DNA from: an uncultured Planctomycetales bacterium
GTDB lineage: Bacteria > Omnitrophota > Gorgyraeia > Aquiviventales > Aquiviventaceae
Length of the DNA: 64,000 nucleotides
Direction: 5' to 3'
Assembly (NCBI GenBank): GCA_964373175.1
Contig: CAYJTP010000004.1
Location: 6,651 to 70,650 of the forward strand
Every line of letters starts with the position of its first letter. Within the stretch, counting starts at the first letter, position 1. The notes beneath the pieces are model-generated. The model was not told the origin of the DNA, made no database searches, and was given only the letters and a program-made list of their open reading frames with translations. A program made the translations under genes and the position numbers. Positions 1 through 8,934 of the stretch are shown piece by piece.

Positions 1-1062
1 CCGCTGATGATTAAAGACTTCGCGCACACGAGCTTGAGCTTGACGTCCGAATTGCGCGGCCATGGCAGGATCCTTCAGGAGTCGCACGATGCCCTCCGCT
101 AAGGCCACTGGGTCGTCCGGAGGGACCAGCCACCCGGTTTTCCCATGCTCGATGATCTCTGGGACAGCTCCGGTTCGTGTGGCAACCACTGGCCGCCCCA
201 TCGCCATGGCTTCAATGAGCGACAGCCCGAACGCTTCCGGCCAGCGCGAGGAAAACACAAAGACATCCATCAGGGCAAGCGGGACTCGGACGTCATCGGT
301 CGCCCCTAAAAAGTGCACGTGACCATTGATCCCGAGCCGCTCAGCCTCGCGTTCCAAGAATGGCCGACGCGGTCCATCCCCAACTAAGATGACCTCAATG
401 TTAGGAAGTTGTTGCTGGGTGAGTTTGGCGGCTGCTAAGAGCACATCAAATCCCTTCACCCCTCCAGAGGCCAACCGCCCCACATTGCCAATCACGAATC
501 GCTGTTCTGAGGGCCATCGCATCCGGCATGCCTGAAGGGCGGCGACATCGGGAACCTCCGTGAAATAATTCACGTCGACGCCGTGGTAGATCAGACGGAT
601 GCGATCCTCAGCTTGCCAGCCCATGTCGATGAGATGCTGCCGGACCTGCTGGCTGATGGCAATCGTCACCAGCCCGGTGCAGGGCCACCATCTCCGTCCG
701 AGTCGCCGGCGATAGAACCCATGCCAGGTGGTGAGATACGGAATCTTGTGCCGCTTCCACAACCAGTGCGCGATGACCTGGGACACACGGGTGTGCGCAT
801 GAATGAGATCGACCGGCTCGCGGGACAGGGTTCGACTCAGTTGCCACCCCGACCACGCCACTGAGGAACTCAGTTCGACGCTGGTATGAAGCGGCAGGCG
901 CCGGTGCGGGATGGCGTTGTGCGACAGGCGGTGTTCCAGCAGCCCACGGTCTGAGGCAACCATCACCTGATGCCTACGCTTCACCAACGCCGCAGACAGA
1001 TTGACGACGTACGTGGAAATACCGCCGGCCTCAAGATGCGAGGTGAGTTGAAGGATACGCAT
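1..1062 (-). CDS. Glycosyltransferase family 4 (GT-B, GT1-like). The 5' part is in the window and the 3' end runs off the window start.
   Basis: Reverse translation from ATG at ~1062 gives MRILQLTSHLEAGGISTYVVNLSAAL… Further on comes the GT4 C-terminal signature …VFVFSSRWPEAFGLSLIEAMAMGRPVVATRTGAVPEIIEHGKTGWLV… The gene is absent from the ORF track because it leaves the window. Confidence 0.8.
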   Translation of the reverse strand, partial: MRILQLTSHLEAGGISTYVVNLSAALVKRRHQVMVASDRGLLEHRLSHNAIPHRRLPLHTSVELSSSVAWSGWQLSRTLSREPVDLIHAHTRVSQVIAHWLWKRHKIPYLTTWHGFYRRRLGRRWWPCTGLVTIAISQQVRQHLIDMGWQAEDRIRLIYHGVDVNYFTEVPDVAALQACRMRWPSEQRFVIGNVGRLASGGVKGFDVLLAAAKLTQQQLPNIEVILVGDGPRRPFLEREAERLGINGHVHFLGATDDVRVPLALMDVFVFSSRWPEAFGLSLIEAMAMGRPVVATRTGAVPEIIEHGKTGWLVPPDDPVALAEGIVRLLKDPAMAAQFGRQAQARVREVFNHQR

Positions 1063-1189
1063 CAAGAAGAGCTCGGAATGCGCCCGCCCCGGCTCTGGGA
1101 TTTGACGGCGGGCCGGGGGAGTGCGCCCGCCTGCCCCGTATTCTGCTGGGCGGGCAGGGAGTGTAGAGTGGAAGGGACGCGCCTCACAC

Positions 1190-3337
1190 TCATCGCCCGT
1201 GGCCCTTTCCACTTTCCACTTTCAACTTTCCGCTGTTGAGGATCTGCCGCGCCGCACACGCCTCTAGAATGGCTTGGGCGACTTCATCCACGGTGATCCG
1301 TTTCATGCAGGCATGCGTGATCGTCCGACACCTCGGGGAATAACACGGACTACAGAAGACTTTCTTGTTAATGACTCGGACCAGGGAAGATGGCGGAACG
1401 TGGCGGGCAGGATCGGTGGGTCCAAACAGACACACCGTGGGGACCCCCATGGCAACAGCGATATGGAGGGGCGCTGAGTCAGTGGTGACAAAGGCCGCGC
1501 ATCGTCGGATGAGACAGGCCAGTTCCATGATCCGGGTCTTGCCAATCGCTAGCACGGGTTTGGAGCGCACGAACCGCATCAGTTGCTCGCCAAGCCGATG
1601 GTCGGATGGGCTTCCGGTCACCACCACTTGGAACCCTTGGTCTGCCAAGCGATCGCACAGGGCCGCCCACCGCTCCAGGTCCCATCGCTTCGTCTTCCAA
1701 CGCCCACTGCTCCCAAGATGCACGCCAACGAGGGGCTTTCTGATATCGCTTTGGTCGGGTGGAAGCAACGGCTCGACGGCTTGCTCATCAAGGTCAGAGG
1801 GCCAGAGCTCAAGGGCGTGTCCATCAGGAGTAATCTGGGCGGCTTCAAGGAGGTAATGCTGATGGGCCACCGGATCCATCCGGGTGCGCGGCAGAGCCAC
1901 CCGCCGATTCAGCAATCTGCCCCACCGTCGGGCATACCCAATTCGCACCGGAATCCCTGCCAGCCACGCCAACACATGGGTCAAGCGGCTGTTCTGCAGA
2001 TCAATCGACAGATCAAACCCGCCGCGTGTGAGCCGGCGCAGGAAGGTCCGCTTCCCCCGCAGTGTGCGATCCTTGCGCTGCGCATCGTACACCACCACAT
2101 CATCAACATAGGGACACCTCGCCACGACCTCATAGACGGGACGTCCCACCACTAACGTGATCGGCGACTCAGAAAACTGGCGACGGATCGCCCGAAGGCT
2201 CGGCGTCACCAGGACCACATCCCCAAGGGCGCTGAGCTTCCACACAACGATCCGGGGTTTCGACAGGCAGTCGCGATAGACCGCCTCCGTCTCATGAACC
2301 ATCTGCTCAAGGCTAAACTGCTCCTCAACGCGTCGTCTGGCGTGCTGAATGATGGCCAGACGAAGCGGCTCTTCTTGGATCAGGCGGCTGATCGCCTGAG
2401 CAAGCGCCGTGGGATCACGTGGCTCAACCAAGAGACCCGTGACACCCTCCTCAACAATCTCCGCCAAAGCGCCGAGGCGTGAGGCCACGACCGGCACGCC
2501 CACCGCGTAGGCTTCGATGACGCTTCGGCCAAACGATTCCGGATACGTGGACGGAACCACCACCACATCCAGCGAGGCCAGACGCTCGGGGATATCGTAG
2601 CGGGTCCCCAGCCACTCGATCGCCTGCGCTACGCCCAACGTGTCGGCCAGTTGCTCTAAGCGGGCTCGCGCCTGAGGGTTTCCTGCCGGCGCATCGCCAA
2701 TCACACACAGCGTCGCCGACGGATGGTGTCGCAGCAGTTGCGCAAGGGCGCGGATCGCCACGTCATGACCTTTCAACGCGCTGAACCGCCCGATGATCCC
2801 GATCCGCCACGGGCGTTCCCCATGCGGCGCGGGATCGCGAAAAGGAAACTCGACGAGATCCACGCCTCGAGGAATCACCCGCAGTCGCTCTGGAGGCACC
2901 TGGAACGTATCAATCAGATACCGCCCAAGCAGCTTGGAGGGGGCGATGACGGTGCGCCCCCAGGTCATCACACGAGAGCCAAGATGCGGTGTATAAAAGC
3001 CGTGGCACGTGGTCACAAAAGGTTTCTGGATGCGCCGCGAGGCGAGATAGCCAACCCACGCCGGCACGCGGGAGCGCGCGTGAATCACATCGACCTGCTC
3101 CTCGCGGATGATCCGACAGACCTCAGGCACGCATCGCCACAGCGCCTGAGGCGATTTGTGATGGATCGAAAGTGCATAGTGGGTTGCGCCGAGTTGCACG
3201 AGCGGCTCAACGAGCGCGCCTCCCGATGAGACCACGCTCACCCGATGCCCCCGTTGGATCAACCCCCGGGCGAGATCCAGGACCCCGCGCTCAACCCCCC
3301 CTACATCAAGACGAGGCACGAGCTGGAGGATATGCAT
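1190..3337 (-). CDS. Bifunctional glycosyltransferase. An N-terminal GT4 domain is fused to a C-terminal GT9 ADP-heptose:LPS heptosyltransferase (WaaC/WaaF/WaaQ-like) domain.
   Basis: N-terminus MHILQLVPRLDVGGVERGVLDLA… with the EX7E-like motif ([21 protein letters not shown]). C-terminal half RIVVWKLSALGDVVLVTPSLRAI…GVHLGSSGRWKTKRWDLERWAAL…TTDSAPLHIAVAMGVPTVCLFGPTDP is typical of GT9 heptosyltransferases. Confidence 0.8.
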   Translation of the reverse strand: MHILQLVPRLDVGGVERGVLDLARGLIQRGHRVSVVSSGGALVEPLVQLGATHYALSIHHKSPQALWRCVPEVCRIIREEQVDVIHARSRVPAWVGYLASRRIQKPFVTTCHGFYTPHLGSRVMTWGRTVIAPSKLLGRYLIDTFQVPPERLRVIPRGVDLVEFPFRDPAPHGERPWRIGIIGRFSALKGHDVAIRALAQLLRHHPSATLCVIGDAPAGNPQARARLEQLADTLGVAQAIEWLGTRYDIPERLASLDVVVVPSTYPESFGRSVIEAYAVGVPVVASRLGALAEIVEEGVTGLLVEPRDPTALAQAISRLIQEEPLRLAIIQHARRRVEEQFSLEQMVHETEAVYRDCLSKPRIVVWKLSALGDVVLVTPSLRAIRRQFSESPITLVVGRPVYEVVARCPYVDDVVVYDAQRKDRTLRGKRTFLRRLTRGGFDLSIDLQNSRLTHVLAWLAGIPVRIGYARRWGRLLNRRVALPRTRMDPVAHQHYLLEAAQITPDGHALELWPSDLDEQAVEPLLPPDQSDIRKPLVGVHLGSSGRWKTKRWDLERWAALCDRLADQGFQVVVTGSPSDHRLGEQLMRFVRSKPVLAIGKTRIMELACLIRRCAAFVTTDSAPLHIAVAMGVPTVCLFGPTDPARHVPPSSLVRVINKKVFCSPCYSPRCRTITHACMKRITVDEVAQAILEACAARQILNSGKLKVESGKGHGR

Positions 3338-3352
3338 GGGAATCGGCGTTCC

Positions 3353-5299
3353 TTAGAGCAGACGCTTCACGGCGTCTCGGACGGCGACGTAGGAATCCAG
3401 ACGGCGAACGGGCGGGTGTGTGGTGAGCAGCCGTCGAATAGCGTGGCTGACTTCCGGCATGGGATGGACGCGCAGGTACCCTTGCTCGGTCAGGAGGCGA
3501 AGATAGCGTTGCGGCTTCGTCAGCCGGGCGTAGTTCGCCTTCCACAGGGGCGGTTCGACCACGACCACATGCCGGCCGCTCGCACAGGCCTCAGAAACCA
3601 TCGAGATGCTCTCACCCGTCACGACCACCACCTGCGCCCACCCCAGCATCCCCTCAAGGGTCCCGTTCAGTTGATCGCGACTGGCCAACAGGAGCAGTGC
3701 ACAGCGCGGATGTTTCGCGAGCCGCTCAGCGAGCACGCGTTCCACATCGGGCGGGGTCCGGCGGGAGGTGGTCACGAGGCAGGTGCCATCCACCTCTTCG
3801 CAGACCGCTAACACGTGCCGCACGACGGCCTCCGCAAAACTGGTGGTGACGTGATAGTCTGGGGTATCACCCCCGATGAACAGGGCAATGGCGGGCTTGC
3901 CGGACGTCATGGGCCTACGAAACCGCGGATGCGTTTGCAAGCGCTCGCGGGCATCACGCATCTGGCCATCGCTCATCGCGGTCAAGGCCCCATACGTGTG
4001 GAGGACGTTGCTCCGACGCGGGAGGCCGTCATGCACCGGTACGATCGCCAGCGAAAACTTGCGAAGCGGGATGGGCGTCGGATTCATGATGACCACCGAC
4101 TTGGCCCGGTTGTCCGCAGCCAACAGGACGTTGACCGGCGCTGTGGACGCCCCGCAGGAGATGATCACATCGACGTACCGGCACGCCAGCTTCGCGTAGC
4201 ACGATGGCTCCAAGACCAGTCGCAAGCCCCTCAGGGCGCCCACACCCCTTGGGATCAACCAGGCCCAGAGCACGGCCATCGCCCGAGCGAGCGGGTTGCG
4301 GTAGCGCACCTCAACAACCTCCTCGCGGAGATCCGTGGAGTGCTCTCGCAACGCCTGCACCACGGTGAGCGACTGCTTCAGGTGACCCAACTTCCCATCG
4401 CTGAGCACCAGGACCTGACGGGTCGGGGTGCGCTTCCAGCGTTTGTGCAACCACAGCCATTGGGTAGGAGCCTGCTCGATGTGCCGCGCCATGATCCTCG
4501 CAAACTGCTCAACACCGTTCCGAATGATGGCATCACGCTTCCCACGCCGCGGCAGTTCAATCGGCGGTTCAATGACGATCCGATGAAAGGGCCCTCGGAG
4601 GCGATGGATGAAAGCAGGCACAATCAGCGCCCCGCTTCGTCGGGCCAAGTCAAACGGGCCTGTGGTAAACAGCGCAGGGCGTCCAAAGAAATCCACCGCG
4701 ATCCCCTGTCGGGATGCCTGATCGCCCACGATGCCGACGAGCTCACGACGGGCCAGCGCCTGGACCAGCTGCTTCATCGCCCCGCCTTTGTGGACGATCC
4801 GGCACCCCTTCGATTCACGATACGAGACCAGGAGTCGATAGAAGTTCGGGAGTTTCTCTTGGGCCCTGGCGAGCGCCACAATGGGATAGCCTTTCAAGGC
4901 CGCGGCAATCGAACATAGCTCCCAGTTGCCGAAGTGACCTGTCAAGAAGACAATGGGACGTCCCATCTCGATCGCGGCATGAATATGGGACTCACCGACC
5001 ATCTCGAGGTACCGGTCCAGATACGCCTGGTCGATCGCCGGGAGCCTGAGCATCTCCACCAACCCCGCCCCCAGTTGGCCAAAGACCCGACGGACCATCT
5101 GCCGAGCCTGACGTGGCGTGATACGGTCCCCGAAGGCCGCCTTCAGGTTCAGGTACCCGATCCGGGCGCGTTTGGGCGAAATCCACGAGGCCAGCCACCC
5201 GAGCCCAAAGCCGAGCCGAACGCAGAAGCCCGGCGGGAGGTGACAAGCAATCCAGCCAATCGCTCTAACGAGCGCACACAGCAGCCAGTCGAGCATCAA
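3353..5299 (-). CDS. lpxL: Lipid A biosynthesis lauroyl/myristoyl acyltransferase (LpxL/HtrB family), N-terminal ~300 aa, fused to a C-terminal ELM1/DUF1022-like domain.
   Basis: LpxL hallmarks …VFLTGHFGNWELCS…FFGRPALFTTGPFDLARRSGALIVPAF… The C-terminal part (VLVLSDGKLGHLKQSLTVVQAL…) resembles the Mito_fiss_Elm1/DUF1022 family as recalled. It overlaps lpxK by 35 nt. Confidence 0.7.
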   Translation of the reverse strand: MMLDWLLCALVRAIGWIACHLPPGFCVRLGFGLGWLASWISPKRARIGYLNLKAAFGDRITPRQARQMVRRVFGQLGAGLVEMLRLPAIDQAYLDRYLEMVGESHIHAAIEMGRPIVFLTGHFGNWELCSIAAALKGYPIVALARAQEKLPNFYRLLVSYRESKGCRIVHKGGAMKQLVQALARRELVGIVGDQASRQGIAVDFFGRPALFTTGPFDLARRSGALIVPAFIHRLRGPFHRIVIEPPIELPRRGKRDAIIRNGVEQFARIMARHIEQAPTQWLWLHKRWKRTPTRQVLVLSDGKLGHLKQSLTVVQALREHSTDLREEVVEVRYRNPLARAMAVLWAWLIPRGVGALRGLRLVLEPSCYAKLACRYVDVIISCGASTAPVNVLLAADNRAKSVVIMNPTPIPLRKFSLAIVPVHDGLPRRSNVLHTYGALTAMSDGQMRDARERLQTHPRFRRPMTSGKPAIALFIGGDTPDYHVTTSFAEAVVRHVLAVCEEVDGTCLVTTSRRTPPDVERVLAERLAKHPRCALLLLASRDQLNGTLEGMLGWAQVVVVTGESISMVSEACASGRHVVVVEPPLWKANYARLTKPQRYLRLLTEQGYLRVHPMPEVSHAIRRLLTTHPPVRRLDSYVAVRDAVKRLL

Positions 5300-6407
5300 T
5301 GTGTTCTTCCCCGCTCAAGAAGCGCATCTGAATTCGCAACACCCACACAGGCACAGACACGCTCGTGCCCTTCATCCCCTCGAGATATGGCTGAAGCCGA
5401 ATCCAGTCTTTTTCCGTCGTCACCAGGGCCTCAGCACGATCCCTCGATGCCGCGTGGAGCATGGCATGCCAGTCCTGTCTCTGATACGCATAGTGGTCCG
5501 GATACGCCGCATGCGAGACTACCGTTGCCCCCATCCGCCTGACGGTCTGCTCAAACCCGTCAGGATCGCCGATGCTCGAGAGCAGGCTCACTCGGCCTCG
5601 GCTCAAGAGATCGAGCGAGAGCGTCTCCGAGGTCACGCCATCCTTCAGCGCAAGGGGCTCGTGGACAGCGGTCGCGATGATGGCGGTCGGGCTCACGCTT
5701 CGTAGCCGTTCTTGCATGGCGGCAGCGAGCTCAAGCGACTGGTCCACTTTGGTCACGATGATGACATCGGCCCGCCGCAGGGAGGCCAAGGGTTCCCGCA
5801 TCGGACCGCGAGGAAACAGTGGCCATCCGCCAAGCGGCATCCGGGCGTTGATCAACACAACCTCACAATCCCGATGCAATCGACGATACTGAAACCCGTC
5901 ATCGAGGATGACCACACCGGTTTGAAACTGTGCCACGGCGAGGCTGCCGGTCTGTTCCCGTCGTGCCCCAACCAGGATGGGCGTTCCAGGCAGATGCAAG
6001 GCCAGCAACTGCGGTTCGTCAGGAAGCCCATCAGTCCCCGTGTGCCCATTGCGCAGCACCTGGCCGGCCTGCGCCACGAGCCAGTAGGGCTTCTGCTGGC
6101 GTCCTCCATACCCCCGCGAGAGGATCGCCACCCGCTGGCCAAGCTGCTGGACTTTCGACGCAAGGCGTTCCACGCAGGCGGTCTTGCCGGTGCCGCCCAG
6201 CGTCAGGTTCCCCACGCTGATCACGCGGCAGGACAGTCGCTCCTGAGGCATCCAGCCGCGGTCATAGGCCAGATTGCGCACGCTCACCCCACCCTGGTAG
6301 AAGAACACCAGACCCTGACACACACCACCGAGGACGCGTGCACCAGAGGAGGAAGTCTGAGGTGTCGTGGCAAGACGCCACCAGGCGTCATGGAAGGAGC
6401 GCCACAT
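5265..6407 (-). CDS. lpxK: Tetraacyldisaccharide 4'-kinase
   Basis: P-loop VISVGNLTLGGTGKT and overall LpxK-like sequence. ATG confirmed at 6405-6407. Confidence 0.9.
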   Translation of the reverse strand: MWRSFHDAWWRLATTPQTSSSGARVLGGVCQGLVFFYQGGVSVRNLAYDRGWMPQERLSCRVISVGNLTLGGTGKTACVERLASKVQQLGQRVAILSRGYGGRQQKPYWLVAQAGQVLRNGHTGTDGLPDEPQLLALHLPGTPILVGARREQTGSLAVAQFQTGVVILDDGFQYRRLHRDCEVVLINARMPLGGWPLFPRGPMREPLASLRRADVIIVTKVDQSLELAAAMQERLRSVSPTAIIATAVHEPLALKDGVTSETLSLDLLSRGRVSLLSSIGDPDGFEQTVRRMGATVVSHAAYPDHYAYQRQDWHAMLHAASRDRAEALVTTEKDWIRLQPYLEGMKGTSVSVPVWVLRIQMRFLSGEEHIDARLAAVCAR

Positions 6408-6485
6408 ACACCCTATTCTACGGCGTCGAGGGGGAGGGTGTCAAAAGGGAGCGCTGGATGGTGCTGTCATGATTCGCCCAGGAAC

Positions 6486-6566
6486 CGCTGATGAACGCTG
6501 ATGGCTACGCTGATCCACGCCGATGTGATCGGCGAATATCAGCGTTTCGATCAGCGGGAATCAGTG
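6486..6566. repeat. Symmetric phased array: 3x direct CGCTGAT then 3x inverted ATCAGCG/ATCAGTG, spaced 10-12 bp, around a CCGATGTGATCGG centre.
   Basis: Seen directly at 6486, 6496, 6508 (CGCTGAT) and 6538, 6550, 6560 (ATCAGYG). It lies in the waaA-stop/lpxK-start intergenic spacer. Confidence 0.7.
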
Positions 6567-6580
6567 AGATCGAGAGGAAG

Positions 6581-7864
6581 TCACGACGCTGGTGTCAAAA
6601 GCGGCTTCAGGGCATCGAGTGTGCGCTGGGTACAGCCTCCTGAACGCTCAATCAGCGCTTGAGCGTGCTGGCCCATCGCGCGGGCTTCGACCCCGTCCGC
6701 CAGCAGTCGGCTGAGGACGGTCACCAGTTCCGTGCTGCTTGCAAGTTGTCTGGCCGCTTGGTGGGAGAGCAGCTGCTTGGTGATGTCGGCAAAATTGTCC
6801 ATGAATGGCCCAAAGACAATCGGCTTACCAAGACTTGCAGGTTCTAAGGGGTTCTGTCCTCCATGCGGGATCAAACTTCCTCCGATAAACGTCACCGTGG
6901 CCAGGCCGTAGTACAGAAACAACTGCCCCACGGTATCCACGAGTCCGACCTCCCACCCCCCGAGGTCTGAAGGGCGGGAGGTCCGGATGGACGTGAATCT
7001 GTATTGCCGGATGAGCGTCTCCACTTCCGCCACACGTTCGAGGTGTCGTGGAGCGAGGAGGAGACGAAGCGACGGGTGCGAGGCGCGTAAGGTGCGAAAC
7101 GCCTGTAAGACGAGATCTTCTTCGCCGCGATGGGTGCTGCCCGCCACGATGAGGGGATCTCCCGCACGCAATCCGAGTCGAGTGGTTACCGCACCGAGGT
7201 CTTGTTGCGTGGGGCGCGTCAACAAGCTGGCATCCCACTTGAGGCTGCCGAGCACCCAGACTCGAGCCGGGGGCGCCCCCATCCTGATCACCCGCTCGGC
7301 GTCGGCCTCGGTTTGCATGAGGAGGGCCTCAACCGATTCGAGGAGAGCTTTCACCCAGGGACGTACCCACCGATACCGACGACAGGCCCGCTCGGACACC
7401 CGGCCATTCACGACTGCGACGGGGATGCGCTGTTGCGCAAGCAGCCGGATGAGATTAGGCCAGAGCTCGGATTCCACTAATAACAGCATCCGCGGCCGGA
7501 TGACCTTGAGCGCCCGGCGAACCGTCAGGCCAAAGTCCAGCGGGCTATAGATCGTCACGCCCCGATCGCCCAGCAGGCTCGAGGCCACCTCAAACCCGGC
7601 CGGGGTGATCGTCGACAGGACAAGAGGGTTATCGGGGTATCGGGCGACCAGGGCTTGAATGAGCGGCTGCACCGCCAGCACTTCCCCAACACTGACGGCA
7701 TGAACCCACATCGCTCGCCGCCCGCCAAGACGCTGATGAACGGTCGCCGGGTAGCGTCCCAACCGCATCGTCCATCCCGGATGCGGCAGCCGCTTGCGCC
7801 AGAGCGCCTTTGGGAGATAACCCAGTAGACCAATGACCAGAAGGATGTCGTAGAGCAACCACAT
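6581..7864 (-). CDS. waaA: 3-deoxy-D-manno-octulosonic acid (Kdo) transferase
   Basis: 427 aa with a KdtA-like N-terminal membrane anchor and GT30 motifs (…VWVHAVSVGEV…, …GGSLIPHGGQNPLEPASLGKPIVFGP…). Confidence 0.9.
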   Translation of the reverse strand: MWLLYDILLVIGLLGYLPKALWRKRLPHPGWTMRLGRYPATVHQRLGGRRAMWVHAVSVGEVLAVQPLIQALVARYPDNPLVLSTITPAGFEVASSLLGDRGVTIYSPLDFGLTVRRALKVIRPRMLLLVESELWPNLIRLLAQQRIPVAVVNGRVSERACRRYRWVRPWVKALLESVEALLMQTEADAERVIRMGAPPARVWVLGSLKWDASLLTRPTQQDLGAVTTRLGLRAGDPLIVAGSTHRGEEDLVLQAFRTLRASHPSLRLLLAPRHLERVAEVETLIRQYRFTSIRTSRPSDLGGWEVGLVDTVGQLFLYYGLATVTFIGGSLIPHGGQNPLEPASLGKPIVFGPFMDNFADITKQLLSHQAARQLASSTELVTVLSRLLADGVEARAMGQHAQALIERSGGCTQRTLDALKPLLTPAS

Positions 7865-7865
7865 C

Positions 7866-7985
7866 GTGAGTCTAAAGTCGAAAGTCTAAGGTCGAAAGTA
7901 AAAAGAGTTCAAAAACGGCTTTCTGTTTTCTGGTTTTCCAATTGTCACTTTCGACCTTCGACCTTATACGTTCGACCTCCGCTGC
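7866..7985. repeat. AT-rich spacer with 2x direct GTCGAAAGT and 3x inverted (C)TTTCGACC copies. It is a potential long imperfect hairpin or operator array.
   Basis: aagtcgaaagtctaaggtcgaaagt … actttcgaccttcgaccttatacgttcgacc, between the xerC stop and the waaA start. About 42% GC against ~62% for the background. Confidence 0.6.
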
Positions 7986-7987
7986 TT

Positions 7988-8896
7988 TCAGGCACGAGGA
8001 TGAGCTTGTTCATACACCCGCTTGAGGCGTTGCGGGGTGATATGCGTATAGATTTGCGTGGTCGAGAGATGCTGATGGCCCAAAAGCTCTTGGACGCTGC
8101 GTAGATCCGCCCCTCGATCAAGCAGATGGGTCGCGAAACTGTGGCGCAAGCTGTGCGGACTAATGGCCACCGGAAGCTGAACGGTTTTGGCGTATCGCTG
8201 GAGCAAGCGATCCACCTGGCGGACGGTCAACCGCGTCAGTTTCTGGCTAACAAACAGCGCCTGGGGAACCTTGACCCGTTTTGGACGCTTCGTCAGGTAG
8301 CGCTGGACCGTGGTGAGGGCAGTTTTGCCAATCGGACACAGCCGTTCCCGCTTGCCCTTGCCACGAACGATCACAGTCCCGGAAATATCATCCACGTCGT
8401 TGAGATTCAATCCGACGAGCTCGCTGACCCGCATCCCGGTCGAATAGAGCGTCTCGAGGATCGCGCGATCCCGAAGTCCCTGCCACCGATCGGTCGGCGG
8501 GGCCTCAAGCAAACGGCGAACCTGGTCTTCATCGAGAAACGTCGGGAGGCGACGCTCCAGGCGTGGCGCCGGAACGACCGCCGCAGGGTTCTGTTTCAGG
8601 ACGCCTTCGCGACAGAGGAAGCGGAAAAAGCTGCGCAGGCAGGAGAGCCGTCTTGCGATGGTCCGTTTGGCGTAGCGGGAGATACTCTGATGGGCGAGGA
8701 AGCTGCGGATATCAAAGGGCGTGATGTCGCGCAAGGGTTTGTCACCGAGCAGCTGGAAAAATTTGGCCAGATCATCGTGGTAATTGCGACGGGTATAGTC
8801 CGACGTATTGCGCTCAACAGACAGGTAATGGAGGAACCGTTGAATCGCTTGTTGAGGGCGCGTGATTGACTCCTGTCTATCGACTATGTCCGCCAA
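7988..8896 (-). CDS. xerC: Tyrosine site-specific recombinase, XerC/XerD family
   Basis: C-terminal catalytic motifs …HSLRHSFATHLLDRGADLRSVQELLGHQHLSTTQIYTHI… The start lies inside a REP copy, and the listed start is a TTG. Confidence 0.85.
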   Translation of the reverse strand: MADIVDRQESITRPQQAIQRFLHYLSVERNTSDYTRRNYHDDLAKFFQLLGDKPLRDITPFDIRSFLAHQSISRYAKRTIARRLSCLRSFFRFLCREGVLKQNPAAVVPAPRLERRLPTFLDEDQVRRLLEAPPTDRWQGLRDRAILETLYSTGMRVSELVGLNLNDVDDISGTVIVRGKGKRERLCPIGKTALTTVQRYLTKRPKRVKVPQALFVSQKLTRLTVRQVDRLLQRYAKTVQLPVAISPHSLRHSFATHLLDRGADLRSVQELLGHQHLSTTQIYTHITPQRLKRVYEQAHPRA

Positions 8897-8934
8897 AGGC
8901 GGATCCGCCTCTGGCGGAGACTATCGACTCGCAC

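Noticed and set aside
3815-4918. Long plus-strand ORFs (e.g. 3815-4918, 24648-25514, 42130-42984, 45592-46632, 55247-57220 at 657 aa)
   Set aside because: Each lies antisense to a minus-strand gene with unambiguous homology (lpxL, ilvB, clpC, mcsA/mcsB, secA). High-GC DNA generates long stop-free shadow frames. Their translations are low-complexity and R/P/G-rich, with no recognisable motifs.
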